From Ilumatobacteraceae bacterium (GTDB taxonomy: Bacteria > Actinomycetota > Acidimicrobiia > Acidimicrobiales > Ilumatobacteraceae): a stretch of DNA of 64,000 bases. The notes under the pieces are model-generated. The model was not told the origin of the DNA, did no database searches, and saw only the letters and a list, made by a program, of their open reading frames with translations. The stretch is from the NCBI GenBank assembly GCA_035527095.1, contig DATLBC010000140.1, positions 6,820 through 70,819 on the forward strand, in the 5' to 3' direction. Positions 53,517 through 62,950 of the stretch are shown here, piece by piece. Both the position numbers and the translations under genes were made by a program. Every line of letters begins with the position of its first letter. Position 1 is the stretch's first letter.

Positions 53517-54422
53517 ATGACCGCCCTCGACCAGCCAGCCCGACGCCCAGCGTCCGACGAACTCCGCCCGATGGCGCAGCGCCGGTCGATCCTCGGCCAC
53601 GTTCGCGAGATCTTCCAGTTCCGCGAGCTGCTCGGCAGCCTGACCCGCAAGGAACTCACGGTCCGGTACAAGCACTCCACGCTCGGCTTCGTGTGGTCGA
53701 TGATCCAGCCGCTGTTCCTCTTGGTCGTCTACACCGCGGTGTTCGCGATCCTCGGAGCCGGCTTCCCCAGGTTCGCCATCTGGGTGCTGTGCGGGCTGTT
53801 GGTGTGGACCTTCGCAGCAACCTCCATGCTCACGGCGACCGTCTCGATCACAGCGAACGCTTCGCTGGTCGGCAAGGTCAAGTTCCCTCGGGCGATCCTT
53901 CCGCTGGCCAACGTCGGTGGCGCGCTCACTCACTTCTTGCTGCAGTCCATCGCGTTCGCAGGGGTGCTCCTCGTGAGCCGTCACACGGTCGACTGGACCT
54001 ACATGTGGTTGTTGCCGATCGCGTTGTTGGTGGCGGTCCTCGTCGTCAGCGGTCTTGCGCTGCTGTTGGCGCCCCTGAACGTGATGGCCCGCGACACGAT
54101 GCACCTGTTGGAGCTGCTGGTCATGGGCTGGTTCTGGATGACGCCGATCCTGTATCAGTACGAGCGAGCCGTCCCCTTCCTCGAACGGCACGGCATCCCT
54201 GGTGAAGCGCTGCTCCTGAACCCGTTCACATCGGTCGTGATCACGTTCCAACGAGCGATCTACGGCAAGTCGGAAGTCGAAGGAATCGCTCTGCTGCCCC
54301 CCGACGGGCCGCTGTGGTATCTCGGCGTTCTCGCATTCACCGGAGCCGTGGCCTTGGTCATCCTGGCCGTCGCGCTGAAGGTGTTCGACCGTGCCGACGC
54401 CAACCTCGCCGAGGCACTGTGA
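53517..54422 (+). CDS. ABC-2-type polysaccharide export permease (Wzm/TagG-like)
   Basis: …FRELLGSLTRKELTVRYKHSTLGFVWSMIQPLF… is the typical ABC-2 N-terminal signature, followed by 6 TM segments. Confidence 0.88.
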   Translation: MTALDQPARRPASDELRPMAQRRSILGHVREIFQFRELLGSLTRKELTVRYKHSTLGFVWSMIQPLFLLVVYTAVFAILGAGFPRFAIWVLCGLLVWTFAATSMLTATVSITANASLVGKVKFPRAILPLANVGGALTHFLLQSIAFAGVLLVSRHTVDWTYMWLLPIALLVAVLVVSGLALLLAPLNVMARDTMHLLELLVMGWFWMTPILYQYERAVPFLERHGIPGEALLLNPFTSVVITFQRAIYGKSEVEGIALLPPDGPLWYLGVLAFTGAVALVILAVALKVFDRADANLAEAL

Positions 54423-55621
54423 CTTCCACCTCGTCCGCCCGCCCTGGCAACGAGGCGATCGTCGTCGACGACGTGTCCAAGGTGTTCAGGATCTCGACCA
54501 CGCCGGTCACGTCGCTCAAGGAACGTCTGCTCGGCATGGGGCGCAACCACTACGAGGAGTTCCCCGCACTCCACGACGTGAGCTTCACGATCGAGCAGGG
54601 TGAAACGGTCGGCATCCTCGGCCACAACGGCTCAGGTAAGTCGACCCTGCTCAAGTGCATCGCCGGCATCCTCACCCCGTCCACTGGCGAGGTGCTCGTA
54701 CGCGGCCGCCTTGCCTCGCTGCTCGAACTCGGCGCCGGGTTCCATCCCGATCTCACGGGCCGCGAGAACGTGTTCATCAACGCCGCGTTCCTGGGGATGC
54801 CGCGCAAGGAGATCGCTGCCCGATTCGACGACATCGTCGATTTCGCGGGGCTCGAACAGTTCATCGACGAGCCGGTCAAGCACTACTCGTCCGGCATGTA
54901 CGTCAGGCTCGGCTTCGCTGTCGCGGTCAACCTCGACCCCGACGTCCTGCTCGTCGACGAGGTGCTCGCCGTCGGCGACGAAGTGTTCCAGCTCAAGTGC
55001 ATGAGTCGAATCAAGCAGTTCCAGGACGAAGGCCGCACGATCGTGCTCGTCACACATGCAGCCGAGACCGTGCGTCAGGTCTGCAACCGTGCGATCGTGC
55101 TCGACCACGGCAACATGGTGATCGACGACGAGCCGGGCAAGGCGATTCGAGTGTTCCGCGAGTACCTCCATGGACACCCGCAGGCGACGATCGACTCCGA
55201 CGCGCTGGTCGAGAGCCCGCTCACCATCGGTGATGTCCAGGTTCACCACGACCACGAGGCCAGCCGCCGCCACGTCCACGTCGGCGAGTCCGTGTGGGTC
55301 GACATCGAGGTCACCACGACCTGCCGGATCGACGATGCAATCCTCGATCTCGAGGTAACCGACAACGAGGGACGCATCCTGTACCACGTCGACACGGACT
55401 CGCTCGACGAGCGGATCGCCACACTCGACGGGGCAGGCTCGATCCGTGTCGACATCGGCCGCATCGGCCTGCTCGACGGCGAATTCCCGATCAACCTCAA
55501 ACTGATCCAGCGCTCCACCGGCCGCGTGCTGGACTGGAAGGAACGAGCAACTGCGTTCGAAGTGCTCAACACGACGCGTGCGAACGGCACCGTCGCGTTC
55601 GATGTGTCCGTGCGGTCCTGA
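54419..55621 (+). CDS. polysaccharide-export ABC ATPase (Wzt/TagH-like) with a C-terminal extension of about 150 aa
   Basis: The GTG at 54419 overlaps the permease stop (GTGA). Motifs are Walker A GHNGSGKST, signature YSSGM, Walker B LLVDEVLAVGD and H-loop VTHA. The beta-rich C-terminal domain (…ILDLEVTDNEGRILYHVD…FPINLKLI…AFEV…) resembles Wzt glycan-terminus-binding domains. Confidence 0.9.
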   Translation: MTSTSSARPGNEAIVVDDVSKVFRISTTPVTSLKERLLGMGRNHYEEFPALHDVSFTIEQGETVGILGHNGSGKSTLLKCIAGILTPSTGEVLVRGRLASLLELGAGFHPDLTGRENVFINAAFLGMPRKEIAARFDDIVDFAGLEQFIDEPVKHYSSGMYVRLGFAVAVNLDPDVLLVDEVLAVGDEVFQLKCMSRIKQFQDEGRTIVLVTHAAETVRQVCNRAIVLDHGNMVIDDEPGKAIRVFREYLHGHPQATIDSDALVESPLTIGDVQVHHDHEASRRHVHVGESVWVDIEVTTTCRIDDAILDLEVTDNEGRILYHVDTDSLDERIATLDGAGSIRVDIGRIGLLDGEFPINLKLIQRSTGRVLDWKERATAFEVLNTTRANGTVAFDVSVRS

Positions 55622-55625
55622 CCGC

Positions 55626-57269
55626 TCAGCGACGCAACTGTACGAGGCGCGCCCTGATCGCCGCCAGCAGCGTGGCGCGCTCGCGTGGCAGCCACACCGC
55701 CTGCTTCGGCGCGAACGCCTGATTGCCGTACGGATCGCATCGCAGCTCGTCCGGCCAGCGTTCGTAGAGCAAGTCGATCTCGTGCTGATCGGCATCCGGG
55801 CGCCGCGTCTGAGATTCGAAGTGGAACAGCGTCGAGTGGGCACTCCAGATGATCCGCCGACCGGTCGCACGGACGCGAAGGCAGTAGTCGAGGTCGTTGA
55901 ACGCGATGCGGAACTCCTCGGGAAGCCCACCGAGCTCGTCGAACACCCGGCGCGGGGTCAGTAAGCACGCGCCGGTGACGGCGCTGACCTCACGATCAAT
56001 TTCGAGGAGGCCGAATGGACCGGGGTCGTCGCCGCCGAAGCCGTGGAAGATGTGCAGCGGCTGCTCGTTGAGCAGCAGCCCGCCGTGCTGCAGGGTCCCG
56101 TCGGCATAGAGCAGCCGGGCACCGACCACTCCAACACTGGGTTCGGCGAGGAAGCCGACCATGGTGTCCAGCCAGTCGGCCTGCTCGACGAGTGTGTCGT
56201 CGTTGAGGAACAGGAGCACATCGCCCGTCGAGGCCGCAGCACCCTCATTGCAGCGTTGGGAGAAGTTGAACTCGCCGCTCGCCCGGACAACCATGCACTC
56301 GAGCAGGTCGAGGTCGTCCAACACCTCACCCGGTGTCCCAGGGTCGGCGACGACGATGATCTCGAAGCTCGGGTAGGTCGTGACGTCGAGCACTGAGCGA
56401 ACCGCGCCCAACACCAACGGACGTTCGACGCCCCACACGGGACGAGCCGTGCCGACCGTGGGGATCACGATGCTCACCATCGGAGGGTCCGCAAGCCGAC
56501 GACGCGAGCGATAGTGACCCGGCGTCTCGAGTTGTTCGACGGCACCGTCGATCCCCAGGCGCGCGAGGTGTTCCTCCACCGCCCGACGGCCCGCTTCACG
56601 GGCATACGGCTTCGCATCGGCATCGCCGGCTGCGGATCCCGGTGTGATGCACCAGTGATAGAGCACCGATGGGATGTGGTGGACGGTGCGGGCACGTTCG
56701 GTGACGCGCAGGATCAGGTCGTGGTCCTGCGAACCGTCGAAGCCGTCACGGAAGCCACCCACCTCGGCCACCAGTGACCTTCGCAGCACCGAGAGATGCG
56801 TGCAGTAGTTCTGCGAGCGGAGACGCTCGGGCGACCAGTCGGGCTTGAAGAACGTGTCGTAGACGCTTCCGTCCGGCGCCAGTTTGTCCTCGTCGGTGTA
56901 CAGGTAGTCGATCGTCGGATCGGCATCGAGCGCGGCGGCCACGACCTCCAGGGCATTCGGCTCGATCCGGTCGTCGTGATCGACGAGCACCACGAACTCA
57001 CCGACCGACATCTCCAACGCCGCATTCGAGGCAGCGACGATCCCGCCGGCCTCCGCCCGCTCGACGAGACGGATCCGGACGTCGCCCTCGACTCGTGAGC
57101 GCAGCTCGCTGAGCACCTCGACCCGCTGTGAGCCGTCGTCGACGAGGCACAGCTCCCAATCGGTGATGGTCTGCGCAGCAATCGAGTCCAGACAGGCCCG
57201 CAGTAGGTCGAGTGGCGGATCGTGGACCGGTGTGCAGATCGAAAACCGCGGGACGCCCCCGGCCTTCAC
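55626..57269 (-). CDS. tandem-domain family-2 glycosyltransferase
   Basis: Two GT-A modules are present: FSICTPVHDPP…LCLVDDGS…VLVDHDD…DEDK and VSIVIPT…IIVVAD…LFLNDD…. The GTG at 57269 overlaps the upstream small ORF stop (GTGA). Confidence 0.85.
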   Translation of the reverse strand: MKAGGVPRFSICTPVHDPPLDLLRACLDSIAAQTITDWELCLVDDGSQRVEVLSELRSRVEGDVRIRLVERAEAGGIVAASNAALEMSVGEFVVLVDHDDRIEPNALEVVAAALDADPTIDYLYTDEDKLAPDGSVYDTFFKPDWSPERLRSQNYCTHLSVLRRSLVAEVGGFRDGFDGSQDHDLILRVTERARTVHHIPSVLYHWCITPGSAAGDADAKPYAREAGRRAVEEHLARLGIDGAVEQLETPGHYRSRRRLADPPMVSIVIPTVGTARPVWGVERPLVLGAVRSVLDVTTYPSFEIIVVADPGTPGEVLDDLDLLECMVVRASGEFNFSQRCNEGAAASTGDVLLFLNDDTLVEQADWLDTMVGFLAEPSVGVVGARLLYADGTLQHGGLLLNEQPLHIFHGFGGDDPGPFGLLEIDREVSAVTGACLLTPRRVFDELGGLPEEFRIAFNDLDYCLRVRATGRRIIWSAHSTLFHFESQTRRPDADQHEIDLLYERWPDELRCDPYGNQAFAPKQAVWLPRERATLLAAIRARLVQLRR

Positions 57270-57469
57270 GATCGGCGGGCCTTCGCCAACACCCGCTCGA
57301 GCCGCGACTGCCAGAGCTGACGGCGGGCCGTACGCCGCCACATCATCAGTTCGAGGCGCTTGACCTGGCCGCGAAGTTCACCGAGTTGCATCTCGACTTC
57401 GCGCACGCGATCGACCGCCGAGTCACGCTCGGCGCGCAGCCGCTCGACGTCGTCCGCCGTCCCGGTCAT
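57266..57469 (-). CDS. small coiled-coil protein (hypothetical)
   Basis: MTGTADDVERLRAERDSAVDRVREVEMQLGELRGQVKRLELMMWRR…. It has heptad character, and its stop overlaps the GT2 GTG start. This is a weak call. Confidence 0.4.
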   Translation of the reverse strand: MTGTADDVERLRAERDSAVDRVREVEMQLGELRGQVKRLELMMWRRTARRQLWQSRLERVLAKARRS

Positions 57470-57525
57470 CGGTGCCACCTGGCCGGTAGTGTCGGCCGTC
57501 GACCGGCCCTCGGTCGGCACCACCC

Positions 57526-59964
57526 ATGCGCATCGCCTACGTCACCGCTCACCTGCCGCCCGACTTCACCAGCGGCGCCACACTGTTGGTCGAGCGTCTC
57601 GCCCACGAGGCAGTTGCCCTCGGCCACGAGGTCGAGGTGCTGTCCGGAGCGATCAACCAAGGCCTCGTCGATGGCGAGGTCCGCCGCGACCCGCCGACCG
57701 CCGCACGAGGCTTTTCGGTCCGTTGGATCGGCACCTCCGAACGCATCGATCAGGACGACGACGGCAACTGGGACAACCCGGCCGCAGCCGCTGCGGCGCG
57801 CGAGTGGTTGCGGGAGTTCCGCCCGGACGTCATCCACATGCATACGTTGCAGACTCTAGGTGTCGGCGTGGTCGAGGAGGCGGTGGCCTCGGGGATCCGA
57901 ACCGTGGTGACCATGCACGATCTGTGGTGGTGGTGTGCTCGGTTGTTCCTCGTCGACACCGAACTCCGCCCGTGCCCGCTCGTCACCGACGTGAACACCT
58001 GTGCGTGCGCTCGCAACGCAGTGTGGCGGTCCGAGCGGGCCGCCCGACTGCGCCGAGCCCTCGACGGCGTCGACCGGATCCTCGCGCCGTCGAGCGCGCT
58101 GCGCGACGTGATCGTGGCAAACGGGGTGGACCCGGACCGGGTCACCGTCGACGAGAACCACGTGGTCGAGTCGCTCGACGCCGTCGGTTCACCGACTCCA
58201 TCACCGACGCAGCCGGTGAGGTTCCTGTACATGGGCGCCGACAGCCCATTGAAGGGAGCGGGCGTGTTGCGCCAGGCGATGACCCTGGCCGACGACGTCG
58301 ACGGCTGGGTGCTCGACGCCTACGGGCTCGCCCGGACCGACGATCTCCCGGCCCAGTGCCGCGTGCACCCTGCGTTCGACCCGGTCTCACTCCCTGCGAT
58401 CCTCGGTCGGGCCGATGCACTGGTGATCCCGTCGATCGCACGTGAGAGCTTCTCGATCGCCGCCCGCGAAGCACTCTCGGCCGGCTTGGCGGTCATCACC
58501 TCTGACTGCCTGGGCCCCGAGGAGGTCGTCGTCGATGGTCACAACGGGCTCCTGGTGCCCACCGGAGATTCGCAAGCGCTCGCTGACGCCCTGCGGATGC
58601 TGGCGAACGACCGGACGCTGCTCGGCCGGCTGCGCGCCAACGCCCGATCCGAGCCGCCCGCACTGCGCTCGGCGCTCGAGCAGGCCAACGGTCTGCTCCC
58701 GATCTATGCGGGCCCGGTGGCATCGGTCAGACCACATGAGCCTCGACGCGTGGCGTTCGTCGTCGGCGCCGACGGCGCCATGGCCCGTTATCGGGTACAC
58801 CACCCCTGCGAGGCGCTCGCCCTACGTTCGGGGCGCGCCCCCGCCGTGGCCCACTACCTCGACCCGGAACTCGCCCGGGCCACGACCGGTGCTGACGTCG
58901 TGGTGCTGCAACGCGTGCCGGCAACCGTGCAGATCCTCGAGTTGATCGACACCTGGCACGCCGCGGGCGCGCTCGTGGTGTTCGACACCGACGACCTGAT
59001 CTTCGATCCCGAGCTGGCGACCGCGATCCCCACGGTGATGGCCATGCCAGCGCCGGCCCGCGAGCGGTATCTCGAGGGCGTCCGGCGATATCGCACCACG
59101 CTCGAAGCGTGCGATGGCGCACTCGTGTCGACACCAACGATCGCCGAACACGTCCGCTCGCTCACCGGCCTGCCAGCCGTGGTCGTACCCAATGGGCTGG
59201 GGCTCGTCGAACTCCGACTGGCCGAGACGGCCAACCGCCGACGAGCGTCGCGACGCGCCGAGCGGGTCCGCATCGCATACCTGAGCGGATCGGACAGCCA
59301 TCAGCCTGACATGAACATGGTCAGCGGCCCCATCGCTGCGATCCTCGACCGCCACGCCCGGGTCGAGTTCGTGGTGGTCGGACCGGTCGAGCCGGGCCCC
59401 GAATTGGTCCGCTTCGGTCCGCGCGTGTCGTCGGTCGGGTTCCAGTCGTGGCACACATTGCCGGCGCTGCTGTCGGACGTCGACATCAATGTCGTGCCAC
59501 TGGTGCTGCCCTCACAGTTCAACGAGGCCAAGAGCGCCGTGAAATGGCTCGAAGCGGCGGCGATGAGCGTTCCTTCGGTGGCGTCGGCGTCGCAGCCCTT
59601 CGTCGACACGATCGACGATGGCATGACGGGTCGGTTGGCGATGACGCCCGACGATTGGGTCGAGGCACTCGACGAGCTCGTCGACGACGACGTCGGCCGT
59701 GCCCGCATCGGGTCGGCAGCTCGACGTCGAGCCGAGGTGCATCACGGCCCACACATCACGGCATTCGCCTACGACGCGGGGTTGGCGGCGCTTGCCGAGC
59801 AACGCAGCCAACGTCCCGGCATCTCGTCGTGGACGCCCGTTGCCCCTGACGAGCGTGCGCCGTCAGCGCCCCCGCTCGACGCCTACGACGTCGACCTCGC
59901 TGTCGATCGTCGCTCCGGCGCTCGACGGTTCCGGCGGTGGGCCGCTCGACGACTGCGACGTTGA
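57526..59964 (+). CDS. large glycosyltransferase with two GT-B (GT4-like) modules
   Basis: MRIAYVTAHLPPDFTSGATLLVERLA… and …PSIARESFSIAAREALSAGLAVITSD.LGPEEVV.DG.NGLLV (E-x7-E region) form the first module. A second module follows: …VAFVVGADGAMARYRV.HP…FDTDDLIFDP…. Confidence 0.85.
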   Translation: MRIAYVTAHLPPDFTSGATLLVERLAHEAVALGHEVEVLSGAINQGLVDGEVRRDPPTAARGFSVRWIGTSERIDQDDDGNWDNPAAAAAAREWLREFRPDVIHMHTLQTLGVGVVEEAVASGIRTVVTMHDLWWWCARLFLVDTELRPCPLVTDVNTCACARNAVWRSERAARLRRALDGVDRILAPSSALRDVIVANGVDPDRVTVDENHVVESLDAVGSPTPSPTQPVRFLYMGADSPLKGAGVLRQAMTLADDVDGWVLDAYGLARTDDLPAQCRVHPAFDPVSLPAILGRADALVIPSIARESFSIAAREALSAGLAVITSDCLGPEEVVVDGHNGLLVPTGDSQALADALRMLANDRTLLGRLRANARSEPPALRSALEQANGLLPIYAGPVASVRPHEPRRVAFVVGADGAMARYRVHHPCEALALRSGRAPAVAHYLDPELARATTGADVVVLQRVPATVQILELIDTWHAAGALVVFDTDDLIFDPELATAIPTVMAMPAPARERYLEGVRRYRTTLEACDGALVSTPTIAEHVRSLTGLPAVVVPNGLGLVELRLAETANRRRASRRAERVRIAYLSGSDSHQPDMNMVSGPIAAILDRHARVEFVVVGPVEPGPELVRFGPRVSSVGFQSWHTLPALLSDVDINVVPLVLPSQFNEAKSAVKWLEAAAMSVPSVASASQPFVDTIDDGMTGRLAMTPDDWVEALDELVDDDVGRARIGSAARRRAEVHHGPHITAFAYDAGLAALAEQRSQRPGISSWTPVAPDERAPSAPPLDAYDVDLAVDRRSGARRFRRWAARRLRR

Positions 59965-61191
59965 CACCACGACGATCGCACCGAGCATCGCCACGGCAAG
60001 TTGGCCACCGACCCACAGGGTCTCCGCCAGGTTCTCCATGATCACGAACACCAACGCCGCAAGCGGCCAAGCTGCGAGGAGCCCCACACCGGTCAGGGCG
60101 CGTCGTCCAGCCGCGATCCAGGCGAGCGCGAACAGCGCTACGGCCAGCCCGAAGCCCACGATGCCCGCACCGAGCAGCAACTCGACGAACGAGTTGTGGG
60201 TGGACCCGAGCACCTCACCACGCGCTGCGAGTTGGGCGGCAGCGAATTCGGGATCGAACCACGCTCCCAAGTAGCCCTGGCCGACGATCGGCTGTTTCCA
60301 GAACCAGTCGATCGCGACGTCCCACGCCTCGGTCCTTCCCGTGAGCGTGCTCGACCGGCCCACAGCGGACAACCACGAGCTCCGTGTCGCCCAGGCAACC
60401 GTGGCGACCGCGACCAGGCCCACGCCGACCACCGCGGACACACGACCCGCATCGGTGGGCCATCGCCCGACGGGACCGACGATGCGCCGGCCGAGAATCG
60501 CCGACCCGGCGACCGCCAGACCGACCACCAACCCGACGAGCGGCGTCAGCGCCCCGGCCCCGATGATCAGCCAGAGGTCGGCGACAATGGCGGCCGTCAG
60601 CACGCCGAAGGCGATCCATCGGTGCTGATGCCGGGCCAGTTGCAGCGCGGCGACGAACGACAGGAAGATGCCGACGGCGGCGACCAGCGCGAGCGAGTTC
60701 GGGTTGAAGTAGACGCCGGCGAACTCGCCGCCTCGGTCCTGAGAACCCGGCTGCACCGTGACGATGACCACCGCACTCCAAGCGAGACCCAGTTGGATGC
60801 CGATCCAGGAGCCGACGACGAGTGTTCGTTCCGTCACCGCAGCCGCCGCACCCATGCCGGCGGCCAAGGTCACCCCGACCATCAGCGACTCACGCAAGGT
60901 CGTCGACGCATCCGGCGACCACAGCGCCCCGAACGCCATCCAGGCGACCAGTGCGAGGGCCACGACGCCCATGCGCGGATCGACTCGCCGCCACCGACCG
61001 TCGGTCGCCAGTGCCACGATCGCCACGGCGCCGACCAGCACCTGAACTGCGACGACAGCGACGTCGGCGGCCAACGGATCGCTGAAGGCCCACCACGTGC
61101 GAACTCGATACAGCGGGCCGGTCGTGAGAACGAGCGCGCCGAGGGCCACGACGCTCCCCACCGCAAATGTGCGGCGCGACGGCAGTTCCAT
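59863..61191 (-). CDS. O-antigen ligase / Wzy-like polytopic membrane protein
   Basis: More than 10 TM segments. The Wzy_C-type motif is …GSTHNSFVELLLGAGIVGFGL…. I chose ATG 61191 (a GTG at 61212 is alternative). The 3' end overlaps the convergent GT gene by about 100 nt. Confidence 0.72.
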   Translation of the reverse strand: MELPSRRTFAVGSVVALGALVLTTGPLYRVRTWWAFSDPLAADVAVVAVQVLVGAVAIVALATDGRWRRVDPRMGVVALALVAWMAFGALWSPDASTTLRESLMVGVTLAAGMGAAAAVTERTLVVGSWIGIQLGLAWSAVVIVTVQPGSQDRGGEFAGVYFNPNSLALVAAVGIFLSFVAALQLARHQHRWIAFGVLTAAIVADLWLIIGAGALTPLVGLVVGLAVAGSAILGRRIVGPVGRWPTDAGRVSAVVGVGLVAVATVAWATRSSWLSAVGRSSTLTGRTEAWDVAIDWFWKQPIVGQGYLGAWFDPEFAAAQLAARGEVLGSTHNSFVELLLGAGIVGFGLAVALFALAWIAAGRRALTGVGLLAAWPLAALVFVIMENLAETLWVGGQLAVAMLGAIVVVSTSQSSSGPPPEPSSAGATIDSEVDVVGVERGR

Positions 61192-61201
61192 CGTGGCAAC
61201 G

Positions 61202-62950
61202 CTAGTTGGCACGACGTTCGGAGCCGATGCGCTCGCGAACCGTGTTCAGCCGCAGCTTGAGCAGCGAAATCGACGCTCCTCGGCGTCCGGTGATCCAGCG
61301 CAGTGGTGCTGTCAGCTTCCAGTACCGGGATCGCTCGAACGCCTCGACCTGCGCCATGGCCGCGTCGTACGCCGCCGACATCGCTGCCGCGTCTTCGCGC
61401 AGCCTGGCCATCGGTTCGATCGATCCCGCCGGCAGCAACGTCGGTGTCATGTCCAGCCGGTTGCGGATCGCGTATGCGGTTTCGAGCCACACCGCTTCAT
61501 CGATGCTCTTCGTCGATCCCCACCCGTCGGTGAATCGGCGGTAGACGCTGGTGAACGCCGAACGGTTGCTGACGCCCAACAGGCCTGCGGCTCGCACCAG
61601 AAACTCCCAGTCTTCGAGCACGGGGAGTTCGTCGTCGAATCGGAGTCGGAACGCGCGTACAGCTCCCATCGGGACCGCCCACGAGCAGATCGGCGACTGG
61701 TTGAACTGACGATGCTGCACCAGGTCGAACTCAGGGTTGTACGGGGCGCTGAAACCCTCGATGGGAGCGAAGTCGATCAGTCCGTCCGGCGTGCTGGCAT
61801 GCTCCTGGGCGACGCACTGTGCCCGCACCACCGTGCCGGGCGCTCGCACGGCAGCCGCCCGGAACTCCTCGATCCAGTTGGCGGTGACGACGTCGTCGTC
61901 GTCGAGGAAGGCAAGGTATCGCCCGCTCGCCATCTCGAGGCCGGCATTCAGCGGTGCCGACCGTCCCCCGCTCGGGATTCGAAGGACGACGATCTGGCGT
62001 CGGAATGCCGATCCGTACCGAGCGACTCGGGCCTCGACCGAGGCCACCACATCGTCGTCGTCGCTGTGGACTGCGACGATCACCTCGACGTCGCGGTCGG
62101 TCTGCGCGGCAAGGCAGGTGAGCGCGTCGTCGATCGAGGCGCGCCCGCCTTGGGTCCGCACCAGCACCGAACAGAACGGCTGTGTCCTCGCGGACGACCC
62201 CGGATCAGGCGTCGACTCCGTCGGCGTGACGCCCTCGAAGCGGTAGGCCCGGACGAACTGGTAGGTGTCGCGATGGTCATCGGGCAGTGCCCGCAGCGCC
62301 TCGGTGAACTGGCGAAGCGTCGTCGCCCTGGAGACCGCCGGGTGATCGAGCGGGAACTCCTGCTCCGTCACCGTCATCTGTTTGTCCCGGCGGTCGAGTT
62401 CGACAAAGCCACTGGCTCGGGCGATTCGCTCGAGGTGATCGCCGTCGAAGAACGTGACGTGAGTCGAGTCGAGCAGGCCAGTCGACGTGGTGTCCCAACG
62501 GCCGAGCAGGAGCTTCGAGGCGATGTCGATGTGGGTGACGTTCGGAATGCTGACGACGAGACGAGCGCCACCGAGACGTTCCAGGAGCCGACCGAGGTCA
62601 GCGAAGACGCGGGCCGGGTCGACGAGGTGTTCGATCACGTCGAGCATCGCCACCGCCGCGACGGGTCGACCCCCAACGAGTTCGACCAGACGATCGTGGA
62701 CCGCATCGGTGTCGGGGTCGGCGAGATCGATCAGATGGACGTCGAGTCCTTGCGCCTGGCACCGATCGACCGAGCCCGGGTCGAGCTCGACACCGAGATA
62801 TTCGCGTTCGAGTTCGGCGAACGGCTGAGCGAAGGTGCCTTCACCGCAACCGAGGTCGAGGACGAGCCCGGGGCCGCACGTGTCATCGAGCATGCGAGCG
62901 GCGATGCCGTAGGTCGAATCCCACGAGAAGTCGAAGCTGTAGCGGCTCAT
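61202..62950 (-). CDS. class I SAM-methyltransferase fused to a family-2 glycosyltransferase, with a C-terminal coiled-coil tail
   Basis: The methyltransferase motif I is VLDLGCGEGTFA, and …MLDVIEHL… follows. The GT-A module is FCSVLVRTQGG…LAFLDDDD. The tail reads …AYDAAMAQVEAFERSRYWKLTAPLRW…. The ATG at 62950 overlaps the upstream stop (ATGA). Confidence 0.85.
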   Translation of the reverse strand: MSRYSFDFSWDSTYGIAARMLDDTCGPGLVLDLGCGEGTFAQPFAELEREYLGVELDPGSVDRCQAQGLDVHLIDLADPDTDAVHDRLVELVGGRPVAAVAMLDVIEHLVDPARVFADLGRLLERLGGARLVVSIPNVTHIDIASKLLLGRWDTTSTGLLDSTHVTFFDGDHLERIARASGFVELDRRDKQMTVTEQEFPLDHPAVSRATTLRQFTEALRALPDDHRDTYQFVRAYRFEGVTPTESTPDPGSSARTQPFCSVLVRTQGGRASIDDALTCLAAQTDRDVEVIVAVHSDDDDVVASVEARVARYGSAFRRQIVVLRIPSGGRSAPLNAGLEMASGRYLAFLDDDDVVTANWIEEFRAAAVRAPGTVVRAQCVAQEHASTPDGLIDFAPIEGFSAPYNPEFDLVQHRQFNQSPICSWAVPMGAVRAFRLRFDDELPVLEDWEFLVRAAGLLGVSNRSAFTSVYRRFTDGWGSTKSIDEAVWLETAYAIRNRLDMTPTLLPAGSIEPMARLREDAAAMSAAYDAAMAQVEAFERSRYWKLTAPLRWITGRRGASISLLKLRLNTVRERIGSERRAN

